Part shown: one piece after another, positions 47,669 through 63,002 of the stretch
How positions within the stretch are numbered: the first letter of the stretch is position 1
Layout: each line of letters starts with the position of its first letter
From: Macrostomum lignano
Taxonomy: Eukaryota
Direction: 5' to 3'
DNA: 64,000 nucleotides
NCBI GenBank assembly: GCA_002269645.1
Contig: NIVC01000337.1
Span: forward strand, 186,001 to 250,000
The notes under the pieces: generated by a model
Database searches by the model: none
What the model was told of the DNA's origin: nothing
What the model saw: the letters and a program-made list of their open reading frames with translations, nothing else
Made by a program: the position numbers and the translations under genes

Positions 47669-50605
47669 ATGGTACTCAGACAGCCCGCCATGCTAAGCTG
47701 TTTTCTAGCCGTCATCGCTTGCTACATCATTACTACTACAGCCGACTGCGAGGAAGTCAGCAATGCGAATAGGGTAATAATCAGGTATCCACCATCTAGA
47801 TGGATCAGGTACGGAGGCAATGCCGAGAGCATGTCGAGAAGGATCAGGATCGGAGGCAACGCCAAGAGCATGTCGAGAAGGATCAGGATCGGAGGCAACG
47901 CCAAGAGCATGTCGAGAAGGATCAGGATCGGAGGAAACGCCAAGAGCACGTCGAGAAGGATCAGGATCGGAGGAAACGCCAAGAGCATGTCGAGAAGGAT
48001 CAGGATCGGAGGCAACGCCAAGAGCATGTCGAGAAGGATCAGGATCGGAGGCAACGCCAAGAGCATGTCGAGAAGGATCAGGATCGGAGGCAACGCCAAG
48101 AGCATGTCGAGAAGGATCAGGATCGGAGGCAACGCCAAGAGCATGTCGAGAAGGATCAGGATCGGAGGCAACGCCAAGAGCATGTCGAGAAGGATCAGGA
48201 TCGGAGGCAACGCCAAGAGCATGTCTAGAAGGATCAGGATCGGAGGCAACGCCAAGAGCATGTCGAGAAGGATCAGGATCGGAGGCAACGCCAAGAGCAT
48301 GTCGAGAAGGATCAGGATCGGAGGCAACGCCAAGAGCATGTCGAGAAGGATCAGGATCGGAGGAAACGCCAAGAGCATGTCTAGAAGGATCAGGATCGGA
48401 GGAAACGCCAAGAGCATGTCTAGAAGGATCAGGATCGGAGGCAACGCCAAGAGCATGTCTAGAAGGATCAGGATCGGAGGCAACGCCAAGAGCATGTCGA
48501 GAATAATCAGGATCGGAGGCAACGCCAAGAGCATGTCGAGAATAATCAGGATCGGAGGCAACGCCAAGAGCACGTCGAGAAGGATCAGGATCGGAGGCAA
48601 CGCCAAGAGCATGTCGAGAAGGATCAGGATCGGAGGCAACGCCAAGAGCATGTCTAGAAGGATCAGGATCGGAGGAAACGCCAAGAGCATGTCGAGAAGG
48701 ATCAGGATCGGAGGAAACGCCAAGAGCATGTCGAGAAGGATCAGGATCGGAGGCAACGCCAAGAGCATGTCGAGAAGGATTAGGATCGGAGGCAACGCCA
48801 AGAGCATGTCGAGAAGGATCAGGATCGGAGGAAACGCCAAGAGCATGTCGAGAAGGATCAGGATCGGAGGCAACGCCAAGAGCATGTCTAGAAGGATCAG
48901 GATCGGAGGCAACGCCAAGAGCATGTCGAGAAGGATCAGGATCGGAGGCAACGCCAAGAGCATGTCGAGAAGGATCAGGATCGGAGGCAACGCCAAGAGC
49001 ATGTCGAGAAGAATCAGGATCGGAGGCAATGCCAAGAGCATGTCTAGAAGGATCAGGATCGGAGGCAACGCCAAGAGCATGTCTAGAAGGATCAGGATCG
49101 GAGGCAACGCCAAGAGCATGTCTAGAAGGATCAGGATCGGAGGAAACGCCAAGAGCATGTCGAGAAGGATCAGGATCGGAGGCAACGCCAAGAGCATGTC
49201 GAGAAGGATCAGGATCGGAGGCAACGCCAAGAGCATGTCGAGAAGGATCAGGATCGGAGGCAACGCCAAGAGCATGTCTAGAAGGATCAGGATCGGAGGC
49301 AACGCCAAGAGCATGTCGAGAAGGATTAGGATCGGAGGCAACGCCAAGAGCATGTCTAGAAGGATCAGGATCGGAGGCAACGCCAAGAGCATGTCTAGAA
49401 GGATCAGGATCGGAGGCAACGCCAAGAGCATGTCTAGAAGGATCAGGATCGGAGGCAACGCCAAGAGCATGTCGAGAAGGATCAGGATCGGAGGAAACGC
49501 CAAGAGCATGTCTAGAAGGATCAGGATCGGAGGCAACGCCAAGAGCATGTCGAGAAGGATCAGGATCGGAGGCAACGCCAAGAGCATGTCTAGAAGGATC
49601 AGGATCGGAGGAAACGCCAAGAGCATGTCGAGAAGGATCAGGATCGGAGGCAACGCCAAGAGCACGTCGAGAAGGATCAGGATCGGAGGAAACGCCAAGA
49701 GCATGTCGAGAAGGATCAGGATCGGAGGCAACGCCAAGAGCATGTCGAGAAGGATCAGGATCGGAGGCAACGCCAAGAGCATGTCGAGAAGGATCAGGAT
49801 CGGAGGAAACGCCAAGAGCATGTCGAGAAGGATCAGGATCGGAGGCAACGCCAAGAGCATGTCGAGAAGGATCAGGATCGGAGGCAACGCCAAGAGCATG
49901 TCGAGAAGGATCAGGATCGGAGGCAACGCCAAGAGCATGTCTAGAAGGATCAGGATCGGAGGCAACGCCAAGAGCATGTCGAGAAGGATCAGGATCGGAG
50001 GCAACGCCAAGAGCATGTCTAGAAGGATCAGGATCGGAGGCAACGCCAAGAGCATGTCTAGAAGGATCAGGATCGGAGGCAACGCCAAGAGCATGTCTAG
50101 AAGGATCAGGATCGGAGCCAACGCCAAGAGCATGTCGAGAAGGATCAGGATCGGAGGCAACGCCAAGAGCATGTCGAGAAGGATCAGGATCGGAGGCAAC
50201 GCCAAGAGCATGTCTAGAAGGATCAGGATCGGAGGAAACGCCAAGAGCATGTCGAGAAGGATCAGGATCGGAGGCAACGCCAAGAGCATGTCGAGAAGGA
50301 TCAGGATCGGAGGCAACGCCAAGAGCATGTCTAGAAGGATCAGGATCGGAGGCAACGCCAAGAGCATGTCGAGAAGGATCAGGATCGGAGGAAACGCCAA
50401 GAGCATGTCTAGAAGGATCAGGATCGGAGGAAACGCCAAGAGCATGTCTAGAAGGATCAGGATCGGAGGCAACGCCAAAAGCATGTCTAGAAGGATCAGG
50501 ATCGGAGGCAACGCCAAGAGCATGTCTAGAAGGATCAGGATCGGAGGAAACGCCAAGAGCATGTCGAGAAGGATCAGGATCGGAGGCAACGCCAAGGGCA
50601 TCTGA
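47669..50605 (+). CDS. Secreted cationic tandem-repeat protein / putative polyprotein precursor, 978 aa, 71 x (RRIRIGGNAKSMS) plus one degenerate unit
   Basis: Single exon; ATG, signal-peptide-like MLSCFLAVIACYIITTTADC, short unique pro-region, 39-bp in-frame units and stop. Most variant positions are synonymous in this frame (GGC/GGA, TCG/TCT, ATC/ATT, AAC/AAT, AGG/AGA, AAG/AAA). TATA upstream and AATAAA downstream. Confidence 0.85.
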   Translation: MVLRQPAMLSCFLAVIACYIITTTADCEEVSNANRVIIRYPPSRWIRYGGNAESMSRRIRIGGNAKSMSRRIRIGGNAKSMSRRIRIGGNAKSTSRRIRIGGNAKSMSRRIRIGGNAKSMSRRIRIGGNAKSMSRRIRIGGNAKSMSRRIRIGGNAKSMSRRIRIGGNAKSMSRRIRIGGNAKSMSRRIRIGGNAKSMSRRIRIGGNAKSMSRRIRIGGNAKSMSRRIRIGGNAKSMSRRIRIGGNAKSMSRRIRIGGNAKSMSRRIRIGGNAKSMSRIIRIGGNAKSMSRIIRIGGNAKSTSRRIRIGGNAKSMSRRIRIGGNAKSMSRRIRIGGNAKSMSRRIRIGGNAKSMSRRIRIGGNAKSMSRRIRIGGNAKSMSRRIRIGGNAKSMSRRIRIGGNAKSMSRRIRIGGNAKSMSRRIRIGGNAKSMSRRIRIGGNAKSMSRRIRIGGNAKSMSRRIRIGGNAKSMSRRIRIGGNAKSMSRRIRIGGNAKSMSRRIRIGGNAKSMSRRIRIGGNAKSMSRRIRIGGNAKSMSRRIRIGGNAKSMSRRIRIGGNAKSMSRRIRIGGNAKSMSRRIRIGGNAKSMSRRIRIGGNAKSMSRRIRIGGNAKSMSRRIRIGGNAKSMSRRIRIGGNAKSMSRRIRIGGNAKSMSRRIRIGGNAKSTSRRIRIGGNAKSMSRRIRIGGNAKSMSRRIRIGGNAKSMSRRIRIGGNAKSMSRRIRIGGNAKSMSRRIRIGGNAKSMSRRIRIGGNAKSMSRRIRIGGNAKSMSRRIRIGGNAKSMSRRIRIGGNAKSMSRRIRIGGNAKSMSRRIRIGANAKSMSRRIRIGGNAKSMSRRIRIGGNAKSMSRRIRIGGNAKSMSRRIRIGGNAKSMSRRIRIGGNAKSMSRRIRIGGNAKSMSRRIRIGGNAKSMSRRIRIGGNAKSMSRRIRIGGNAKSMSRRIRIGGNAKSMSRRIRIGGNAKSMSRRIRIGGNAKGI

Positions 50606-50714
50606 GGTTGTAGCAGTTTGTGAAATTTCTGCAATCCATGAATTTTCGACTTGCGATCTGTTTTAACTCTAACTTGTTTTTGAGGCACTAATTTGGTTTT
50701 GGTTTTATTCTTTT

Positions 50715-50720
50715 AATAAA
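50715..50720 (+). terminator. Polyadenylation signal of the repeat-protein gene
   Basis: AATAAA about 110 bp after the stop, in an AT-rich 3' UTR. Confidence 0.5.
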
Positions 50721-52707
50721 ACACGTAATATTTTATCTGTAGGAGACGCTACAGTTAATGTTACTGTTTTTTAAGTCTCTTTTTCATTTTTTCTAGGACA
50801 CTAATTCTTCCATAATATACAAGGCGTCCTGATAGAGTCCTGATTGGATGGAAAAAGTTTAGATTAATGATTTATGATGCTTGTGAACAATCGCTTTAGA
50901 AAATTAGAAAGTTTTTCAGGATTAAAGTACATCGTTGTTGTCCAACTCTCATCCAGTTTTGTGTAATCCAACTCAATACTGCATTTTCAACACATAAACC
51001 CACAAGGTGATTAATTTAAGCCATGACTAAGGGTGATAGGCTAGATTAAAAACCAATGTCGGCTATGATCTTCTACATGCCTCTCGCAACTCGCGATAGC
51101 CAAGAACCGGCTCTTTGAGTTTGTTTGACTGCTTCAGCAGCCAGCGTTAACAACTGAGTATAGGATTTCACCCTAGTAGCAACTCAGTTGATGGAGAGAT
51201 TTAAAGCAGTGCGAATACGTGAACCTCTCGCACAGACTGAAATAAATTCCTGTTGTAATTATTTTATTACTTGTTGGTTCGAAATTTCTCAATTAGCGAC
51301 TGCAGCTGTTAGCGACACACATTGGGCCTCGACCTTCGAAAAATGACTGATAGGAGACTGAAAACAATTATTGATCGCCCAGGCATTGCGGCTACTTCTG
51401 TCAAGCGCAAGCAGACAGTTGGACGGTAATGAAGTGATGTATTTTCGGCCCTAAAGTTTCTATACAGCTTTGAATGTATTAGCAACTGATGGATATGCTC
51501 CAATAAAAGCTAAGGATTGCGTTTGCAGTCAATAGGAAGTTGTAATGTCTATGGAAGCGTCTTTCAATGCGAAAGACTGAGAAAAGGACGTATAAACAAA
51601 CCCTTATCAAACCAAGCAAGAAGCCGCGCCTAATCTCTTCTCTCCTCCCTTTGCTCGCTCGCCCTTGCTCACTCTTGTACTTGTATCAAATAATCTCCGA
51701 CCTGTGTAGACAATCTTCAACGACAACCGAACTTCGGGGAGTCAACAGATTTTCGACTTATGGTTAATTCGTAACAAGGGACAACCCTCCCCTTTGTAAA
51801 TCAGATCGAACTATTTATTCGCTCAGACAACAGAACCTTAGTGTACAAAAGTGTGTTTTCATTTTTTAATGTAAGGGAAATGTTCTGCTCAACAGAACAA
51901 GTAAGTTTGTGAACGACATCTGTGGATGGGGCGCGTGGATGGATTTGAGTCTGCAAATGTATTCGCCAGTTTTGGGAGCGCAAAAAATGATTTTAATATT
52001 AATGTTTTACCACTTGTGGTAGGCTTTTTTTCCATATAATGATTTTTTCTAAATGTTAAAACAAGAATCATAAAACGCCAATACCATACGGTTACATGTA
52101 TTTTAATGGGATCATTTGGATTGCGTTGATTTTAGTTACTTTGTAGGTGGCTTTGTCATTGAAAACCTTTGTTTGCAACGAATCTGTTTACATTTTTTGC
52201 TGATAATTATCCTGGAGTATTCGTTCATTTGCAGGAAATTAATGAGCGTTACGAGTGCCGCAGCTTCATCAGGAACTCAATTTGGCACCACAAGGGCATC
52301 CATTTTGGCGCCCAAGGCACTAAATACGAACGCATGTATATTATTGGCGTTCTGAAGCAAAATTATTGATTTTCATAACGGGTCACGGGTCCATAGCTTT
52401 GATTTGGGGGGGGGGGACATGTCTCCACTTGTCCGGTTTCCACGCCGAGTTACACTCATTACAGTCAAATGAGACCAAGCTGTCCGCATGCATCATGCTA
52501 AATCTTCAGACTCCAGTGTTCCCTGGCCTGACTGACTGATGCCAGTAAGCGCGGGCCATTAGGCCGAGAATGACCAAATTTAGAGCCGCTTTCAGTATAT
52601 TTTCTCCCTAGCCAAATTCTTGTAACAAACTGTAGCTTTCGATCAATAAAATAACTATAACTCATCTTGATCGTGCTTTATAGCTTGCGTGCATGGTCTT
52701 GTTGTTG

Positions 52708-52812
52708 TGAAGTTTCGAGCTTGTGAAGTTGCGAGCTTGTGAAGTTTCGAGCTTGTGAAGTTGCGAGCTTGTGAAGTTTCAAGCTTGTGAAGTTGCGAGC
52801 TTGTGAAGTTGG
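52708..52812. repeat. Short minisatellite, 16-bp unit TTGTGAAGTT(T/G)CGAGC, about 6 copies
   Basis: Direct periodicity. Confidence 0.85.
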
Positions 52813-53861
52813 CCTAAGCAAAAATTGTTTTGTACTGAAAGATTTTCGTTCGTCTGTTCCAAATGTATCGTACTACATGAGTTCCATTTTTAGCGCGAAC
52901 GGCTAATGCTGCATATCCTGAAGGAATGGTACATGGATTGCTCTTGATTTGCTTCAAATTTAACAAACATTTCATTCTAAAACTATTGTTATTTGAAGTC
53001 ATTATCACGAGTGAAATATGGCTCTTATTCATGAGCTGCTTTCAGAGTTGCAGTTGATAGAATGCGGTGCAAAAATAATTAGGCTCAAGAATGATTACAG
53101 CGACTACAGAAATACAGCGTAATTGCCTGCAATTTAAGTGAGATGAGATTGAGAATCGCACCACAGTCGAACCACTGTAACACTGAGCTCAGAGACTGTT
53201 GAGACAGCTTCTCTCTCAAGTTTCATTTGCAATTAAATTTGTACCTTTCAAGTGTCAATCGTGCTCAAACTGTCATAACAGGCAAACAGTCATTGTGCGA
53301 CAACCGCTGTGACCTTCGGGCTCCAAATGCTTTCTACACTGCGCGCCTCTCATCGTTTGTAAAGCCACGCGAAATGCAAATTTCAGCTCATGGGCCTCGT
53401 CTGAGGACTTGGCGGTGTGGCAATCAACGAAGCCTGCAGTTGCAGCGCGTGCTCAAAGCTACGCAAAACTCAGTTTGAGCACTCAGTATACTATAAGCTA
53501 CTCTTTGCAACAAAAATAGACTGCTGCATCGTTGTATTAATTTTGAGTGTAACTCAGAGTCCATACACCGATGTATATATATATGCTATAAATATGCTGT
53601 TCTCAACTTCAAATAGATCTGGCGTATCTGTAGCACATAGTCTGAAGTTTTTTTTCAAGTTACAGGAAATGTCGGGCAATAGCCATTTTGACGAGACTCG
53701 TAAGTTCAGGCCGAAATTTGTTTAACTTCGTATCTGATTGTGTGTCTAAAAAATTCCATAAGTGCATATAATACGCTCGGAAGTGTAGTACGAGCGACTT
53801 CATAAAAAAACGGATTATTCTATGAGCACCGGTCAGGTGCACTTTTGAAGACTAGTTCCTA

Positions 53862-54462
53862 TGAAGAACCATTTGGTGTTCCGATGAAGAACCATTTTGG
53901 TGTTCCTGTGAATAACAATTTTGGTGTTCCTGTGAAGAACCATTTTGGTGTTCCTGTGAATAACAATTTTGGTGTTCCTGTGAAGAACCATTTTGGTGTT
54001 CCTGTGAAGAACAATTTTGGTGTTCCTGTGAAGAACCATTTTGGTGTTCCTGTGAAGAACCATTTTGGTGTTCCTGTGAAGAACAATTTTGGTGTTCCTG
54101 TGAAGAACCATTTTGGTGTTCCTGTGAATAACCATTTTGGTGTTCCTGTGAAGAACAATTTTGGTGTTCCTGTGAAGAACCATTTTGGTGTTCCTGTGAA
54201 GAACCATTTTGGTGTTCCTGTGAAGAACCATTTTGGTGTTCTTGTGAATAACCATTTTGGTGTTCTTGTGAAGAACCATTTTGGTGTTCCTGTGAATAAC
54301 CATTTTGGTGTTCTTGTGAATAACCATTTTGGTGTTCCTGTGAAGAACCATTTTGGTGTTCCTGTGAATAACCATTTTGGTGTTCTTGTGAAGAACCATT
54401 TTGGTGTTCCTGTGAAGAACCATTTTGGTGTTCCTGTGAATAACCATTTTGGTGTTTCTGTG
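53862..54462. repeat. Minisatellite, 24-bp unit TTTTGGTGTTCCTGTGAAGAACCA, about 25 copies
   Basis: Direct periodicity; possibly inside intron 1 of the EF-hand gene. Confidence 0.95.
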
Positions 54463-54695
54463 AAAAGTTCGTTGGTTGCTACTACATGTCATGGTTATTT
54501 AGAAGCATATGTTACTTTATCAAGGTACAACCAAGAAACGACATTGGATAAGCTTAATTATGAATTTTTAAACCGCACGTACTCAGCTACGCGTGTGCAT
54601 TCAATAAAATTATTGAAATAACTTTTCAATCATTTTTCAATGCCAATTCCGTCATTCATTTCATTAAAACAATTATCCCCAACAACCCGTCGACG

Positions 54696-55990
54696 ATGCC
54701 AGAGGTGCGAAAAGTGTTCCGCGCCATCGACAAGACCGGCAGAGGCGGCATCACCGTGCAGGAGCTCTGCCAGGTGATGAAGAGAATCGGCGAGGACGTC
54801 ACGGAGGCTGATGCTAGGAATATTGTTGGCCAGGCAGATACCAAAGGTAACTGGATCTGTTTCTGTCTGTCTCTTATTAATTAAATAAGCCATCTCGGAC
54901 CCAGCACATGCTACGTAGCTTTATGAGAAAGTAACGGATTGCATGCTAACACGACATGCTCAAAATGTAGGTTAGCGATCTCGCTAATGTGTTCGCATCG
55001 CATCGCAAGCGAAATTGAGCCTTCAGATAAAATGTCCAAAAAACGCGAGTCCTACGTCCTGGTAGAAAGGGAACTTCTAGTGGTCCTTGTAGATGAAAAT
55101 GCCACCTCCAACCGCGTACATACTGGCGTCGCGTAATCATCTGAAGTTTCAGAAGATGGTTAATCTAATTATTGCTATCTGCATATCTGCGCATTTCAGG
55201 ATCCGGCATGATAACGGAGGATGACTTCATCAGCTACATGCAGTCGAGATCAGCTGACTTCAATCAGCTGTTGCGAGACGCATTTCAAGCCATGGACATC
55301 AAAAAGACCGGCTTCCTAACGCATGTATGTAGGGATGCCCAATTTAAACTGCTTTGCTTCCACAGAGATTGCAGCCACCCAGCTCATCATTTTTACCTTG
55401 CTTTCAGTCCCAACTGCGCGCCGGATTCGCCAAAGCAGGGATGAAGCTATCGGCGGAGGAGCTCAAACAGATGCTGTCGGTTGTGGATGCGGACAATACG
55501 GGAAAGATCAGTTGGGAGGGTGAGAAATAAAACTTCTAGTATTGCAGCTCTTTAAAAATCAAGTTTAAGGGGACTAAGAAAGGTGAAACTTGTCCGGGTG
55601 AAGTTTGATGCAATTGTGTCTATTTGAGTTGGTCAATGTTGGTTTAGCCCGTGACGTATATAGTGAGTGTCGGTTGGAGTAGAAATGGAGGGACGGGGTA
55701 TGGCGTGAGGTGGGTGTCGATTGGGGTAGGAATGGAGGGACACGGCGTGAGGTGGGTGTCGATTGGGGTAGGAATGGAGGGACGCGGTATGGCGTGAGGT
55801 GGGTGTCGATTGGGGTAGAAATGGAGGGACGCGGTATGGCGTGAGGTGGGTGCCGATTGGAATGGGGTTTGGTGTAGATAGGTGGTGGGCGTTAACTGAG
55901 GTAGAAATCTGACAAAGCAAAAAAAATTGTAGGTGAACATCTGTGTGAACTTATTTTGAAATTACAGAGTTTCTCAAGGTCACCCAGTGA
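54696..55990 (+). CDS. Calmodulin-like four-EF-hand protein, about 136 aa
   Basis: Exons 54696-54846, 55200-55324, 55408-55519 and 55968-55990; loops DKTGRGGITVQE, DTKGSGMITEDD, DIKKTGFLTHSQ, DADNTGKISWEE. An alternative start is a micro-exon ATGAGCACCG (53822-53831) spliced to AG at about 54703. Confidence 0.85.
55670..55860. repeat. Intronic minisatellite, about 47-bp unit, about 4 copies
   Basis: GGTATGGCGTGAGGTGGGTGTCGATTGGGGTAGGAATGGAGGGAC repeated. Confidence 0.85.
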
Positions 55991-56615
55991 ACGGACTGCA
56001 TGGCCGCTTTGGTACAGACAGAAAGACAAAAGCTTGGAACCGCTGCAAATGACAGGCTGAAGTACAATGCACTCCGTTGAATGCATGCTGCATGTATGCA
56101 TTAAATGTACACGTATAATCCTTACACTACTGACATCAATTGATTGATTTGTGAGAAAAAATTTTCTCTGTAATAGCTGTTCAAAAGTCTTTGTTTTGTT
56201 TTGACTTTATTTGCCCAAAGGCTCCCACTGTCTCTTAATAATTTCAATAAAAATAAAGTACAAAAGCCACCACGAAGTCTCCACTTGATATTTGGCGATG
56301 AGCAGAAAGTAAAAAAATGCTAAACCAGCAGCAGCAGCAGCACTAACAGGTGCGTGCCTGTACATCCAAAGTCTACTGAGACTAATAGGTGCGAGGTCCT
56401 GAGCATGTAAAATTTATCCAGCAGTCAAGTCAGTGTGACACTGCTCTGAAAATGTGGCATTACAAGACTGTGCAGTGAATACAAACTAATGAAATCTATG
56501 GGGTTTCACAACAGACTACTTAAAGTAGAGAAGCTATGAAAATGATAGGCCTATGTAGGGCTGGTGTGGTTGCCATGGTTACAATATGGTGTAGTTCTAA
56601 TTAAGAACCATGGCG

Positions 56616-57011
56616 TCATTTGCTAATGGTGAAATCGGCAAAGGGGCAGTCGGTGCTGGGGCCCTCATCCGTGAACACGGCCTTGTCAATGCGGCTCTTA
56701 GGGCTGCCTTTGGTTCTCAGCCAGCGCTTGAACTCCTCCAGCTGCGGCGCGGGCCCGCAAGCCTCGCCGAGCACCGTTCCGTGCTCCGTGTTGAGCACGT
56801 AGCCGACCAGACCAAGCCGGCGCGCCTCCCGCTCAGTGTGCTTGCGAAAGAAGACGCCCTGCACTTTGCCGTGGATTTCGAATTTCACATGGTGCAGCGG
56901 GCCGTCCAATTTTGTGACTGGCGCGGCGGCTGCGGCTGGGGGGCGCGAGGCGCGGGCAGCACGCGGCACCGGGACAGATCTGGCGGCGCCTGACTTGCCT
57001 ACAGCGGACAT
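56616..57011 (-). CDS. ACYP: Acylphosphatase, 131 aa, with an Ala/Pro-rich N-terminal extension
   Basis: VKFEIHGKVQGVFFRKHT...GLVGYVLNTEHGTVLGEACG...GSPKSRID: signature GxVQGVxFR and catalytic Asn are present. Confidence 0.92.
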   Translation of the reverse strand: MSAVGKSGAARSVPVPRAARASRPPAAAAAPVTKLDGPLHHVKFEIHGKVQGVFFRKHTEREARRLGLVGYVLNTEHGTVLGEACGPAPQLEEFKRWLRTKGSPKSRIDKAVFTDEGPSTDCPFADFTISK

Positions 57012-57808
57012 CTTGGAAGACTGGAACGTGGGATGAAGAGTCAAGAAATCTACAGATTGTTTATTAATAAATTTTAAAACAATATTAAATTCACAAACTC
57101 ATGAATTACTATTAGTAGCGCGAATGAATTTTAAGAGCTTCAAAACAAAATTATCAAGCCAAAAATATCTGTTTGATTTAGTACTGAAAAGGTGGGACTG
57201 AAAATTAACACTAACCTTACAAATAGCAAACACAAATGTACTAAAATTTTGTAAGGGGCATCAATATATTTGCCTACTGCTAAGTGACTTTGAAGACTAT
57301 TTTTTATTGTAATTAAATTTGTAAGAACTTATATTAATTTGTGAATTGATAGTATACAAAATCCAAAGTATAAAGTATATAAAGTGTTATTAATAGTATT
57401 ATTAATTATAATAAGCCAAATACTATACATAGTAGGCAAAAAACAACTAATCATATCAATCTCTGTGTAGGCTTAGTAAACAGTAACAATAGTTACTGAC
57501 AAGAGAATAATGAAAAATTTAAAGTAAGAAAGAGTAAAAAAGTAAAATTAATAAAAAAATTTTTTTAAGCATATAGAAGTTGCTATACTTTTTTTAATGA
57601 GAATAAACTGTATTTTGTATAGAAATAAAAAAACTTGTTTAGACTTTGCTGATGATTATTGCAAGTTTTAATTTGTTTGTAATTTGTTTGTAATTGTTAC
57701 TTAATTGTGATTGATTTTGATAAATTGATTTATAGAATAAAATAAGAAATTATTTTTTAAGAGTAGTATACAAAAGGAGTTATTGACAAAAGAGAAAACA
57801 ATAGTGGC

Positions 57809-58218
57809 CATTGGCATAAAAAGGGGGGCTGAGAGGATAGGTTCCCATTTTGAAAGGGAGAGGCAATCCAAAGTATAAAGTACTTGGCCCTACAATTTTC
57901 TAGCAAATTTTGATGTCTTTTACTTAAACTTTCTTAAATTTTCCTAAATTAAATTGTTACATATTTTTTAAACCATTCAAGTATTTGCTACCTTTATATC
58001 TTACAAGGGAGCTTGTAATTAAAATAAGGATTCAATTAGGTTAGATCCAGGATCTGGGATCTGTTGGATCAGTAATTAATTGATAATAACAAATGAGTAA
58101 TGATCATGGTGTCAGAATGATGGGACCAAGGGGGGGGGATGGCCCCCTTCTAAAAGTGGGGGGGGGGGTATATTAATGGTACCTGACCCCCACTTTTATA
58201 AACACTCCAGCACCTATG
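57809..58218. mobile_element. Candidate decayed hAT-type MITE
   Basis: Ends CATTGGCATA and (reverse complement) CATAGGTGCT; flanks ATAGTGGC (57801-57808) and ATAGTGGT (58219-58226), a 7/8 TSD match. Confidence 0.4.
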
Positions 58219-59517
58219 ATAGTGGTTAACTAACAGATTGAGCCACAGATTGAGTACCAATCCTAACCAGCATTTATGTAACCAACAAAAAGTATATCTA
58301 TTATGATCGTTTAATACTTTTTCGAGAGTGCAAAACTACAGAATTTAAGAGTATAGCAGAACAAGAGAAATTTAAAAAATTAGCCTGTCTATATATTAAG
58401 ATAAATAGTTTTCTGGTCGGCCCTTTTTAATTCACTTTCCGCTAACTAAAACTAAGGTTTTGGAAAAGTCATATTTTTGTGTACAGTCCCAGTATAAATT
58501 TTTTTGCTCTTAAGCTAATAAAAATAATGTGCTAGAAAAATAAATTAGAGCACCTTCTTTCGGTAAGCTTTTAACACTATATTTTATTTTAAAGCACGTT
58601 AGAGTAAAATCTATTTGTTTTACCGCATAAATAATCTTCCAGGTGGTTAAAGATGATGGAAAGTGCGCCGATTTATTTATCTTCATAATTATTCCTACTA
58701 TTAAATACAATTAATTTAGTTATTATCGCATAAAATTATTGTGCTCTAGAACTGCAGTCGCGACGTAAAGTACTCCAAAATTACTGTATTAATTTCGACC
58801 TATATTAATTTTCACTGTATTGTTATTGAAAATACTAAGCTACTTAAAGTTTACCCTGGTTAGTCATCTAAGTCATCCTTAAATCGACTTTGGAGATCCA
58901 TTAACAATAAGCCGGGGTCAAAGAATGTTTGAAATGCCCTACATACGTATTCCACAAAAGTTCTTACACATGTACACTCGTTCTCGTTATTTTTTCAAGG
59001 ACCACTGTATATAGCTATATAAGTGGTCCTTGATTTTTTTACCATGCACATGGCCTTTACTACAAAAAAAAGTTTAGTGGCCACTACAACCAAAACATAC
59101 ATGTGTATAGAGTGTGACCAAACGATTGTTTAAAAAGAGAATTACGATACTTAAGTCGTCCTTGAGAGTGGCAACAAGCCCTTGCTAAGGAAGAATAAAT
59201 GGTTAGTTATTTTATTTTACGGCGTGGACAACATTTACGACTTTTGGAGTAGCAATACATATTACGTGTACAACATACGTATATGCGTAAAATAAAAGTA
59301 CACTCTGTACATGTATAAATGAAGTACCACTTATTGAACTACTTCATAATCTTAAGTTTAAATACTTCCATAAACGTACATGAAAGTAAACTCATTGTAC
59401 ACGTAAAATACAGAAAGAATCACCCTGCAATGTCACCTACCCTTGAGAAGAATTAGGACCGGCTAAACCTCGTAATTCTAAAGTACAAAAATGCAGATTT
59501 TTCGTTGTAAATTACTT

Positions 59518-63002
<3,485 letters not shown>

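Noticed and set aside
47722-50688. 988-aa antisense ORF (LALPPILILLDML repeats) and the alternative plus-frame ORFs over the same array
   Set aside because: A 39-bp unit without stops stays open automatically. Variants that are synonymous in the 47669 frame change amino acids here, and only the 47669 frame has a signal peptide, TATA box and polyA signal.
53833-54621. 219-aa and 258-aa ORFs on opposite strands
   Set aside because: Translations of a 24-bp minisatellite; no start context, and variants are not biased to synonymous changes.
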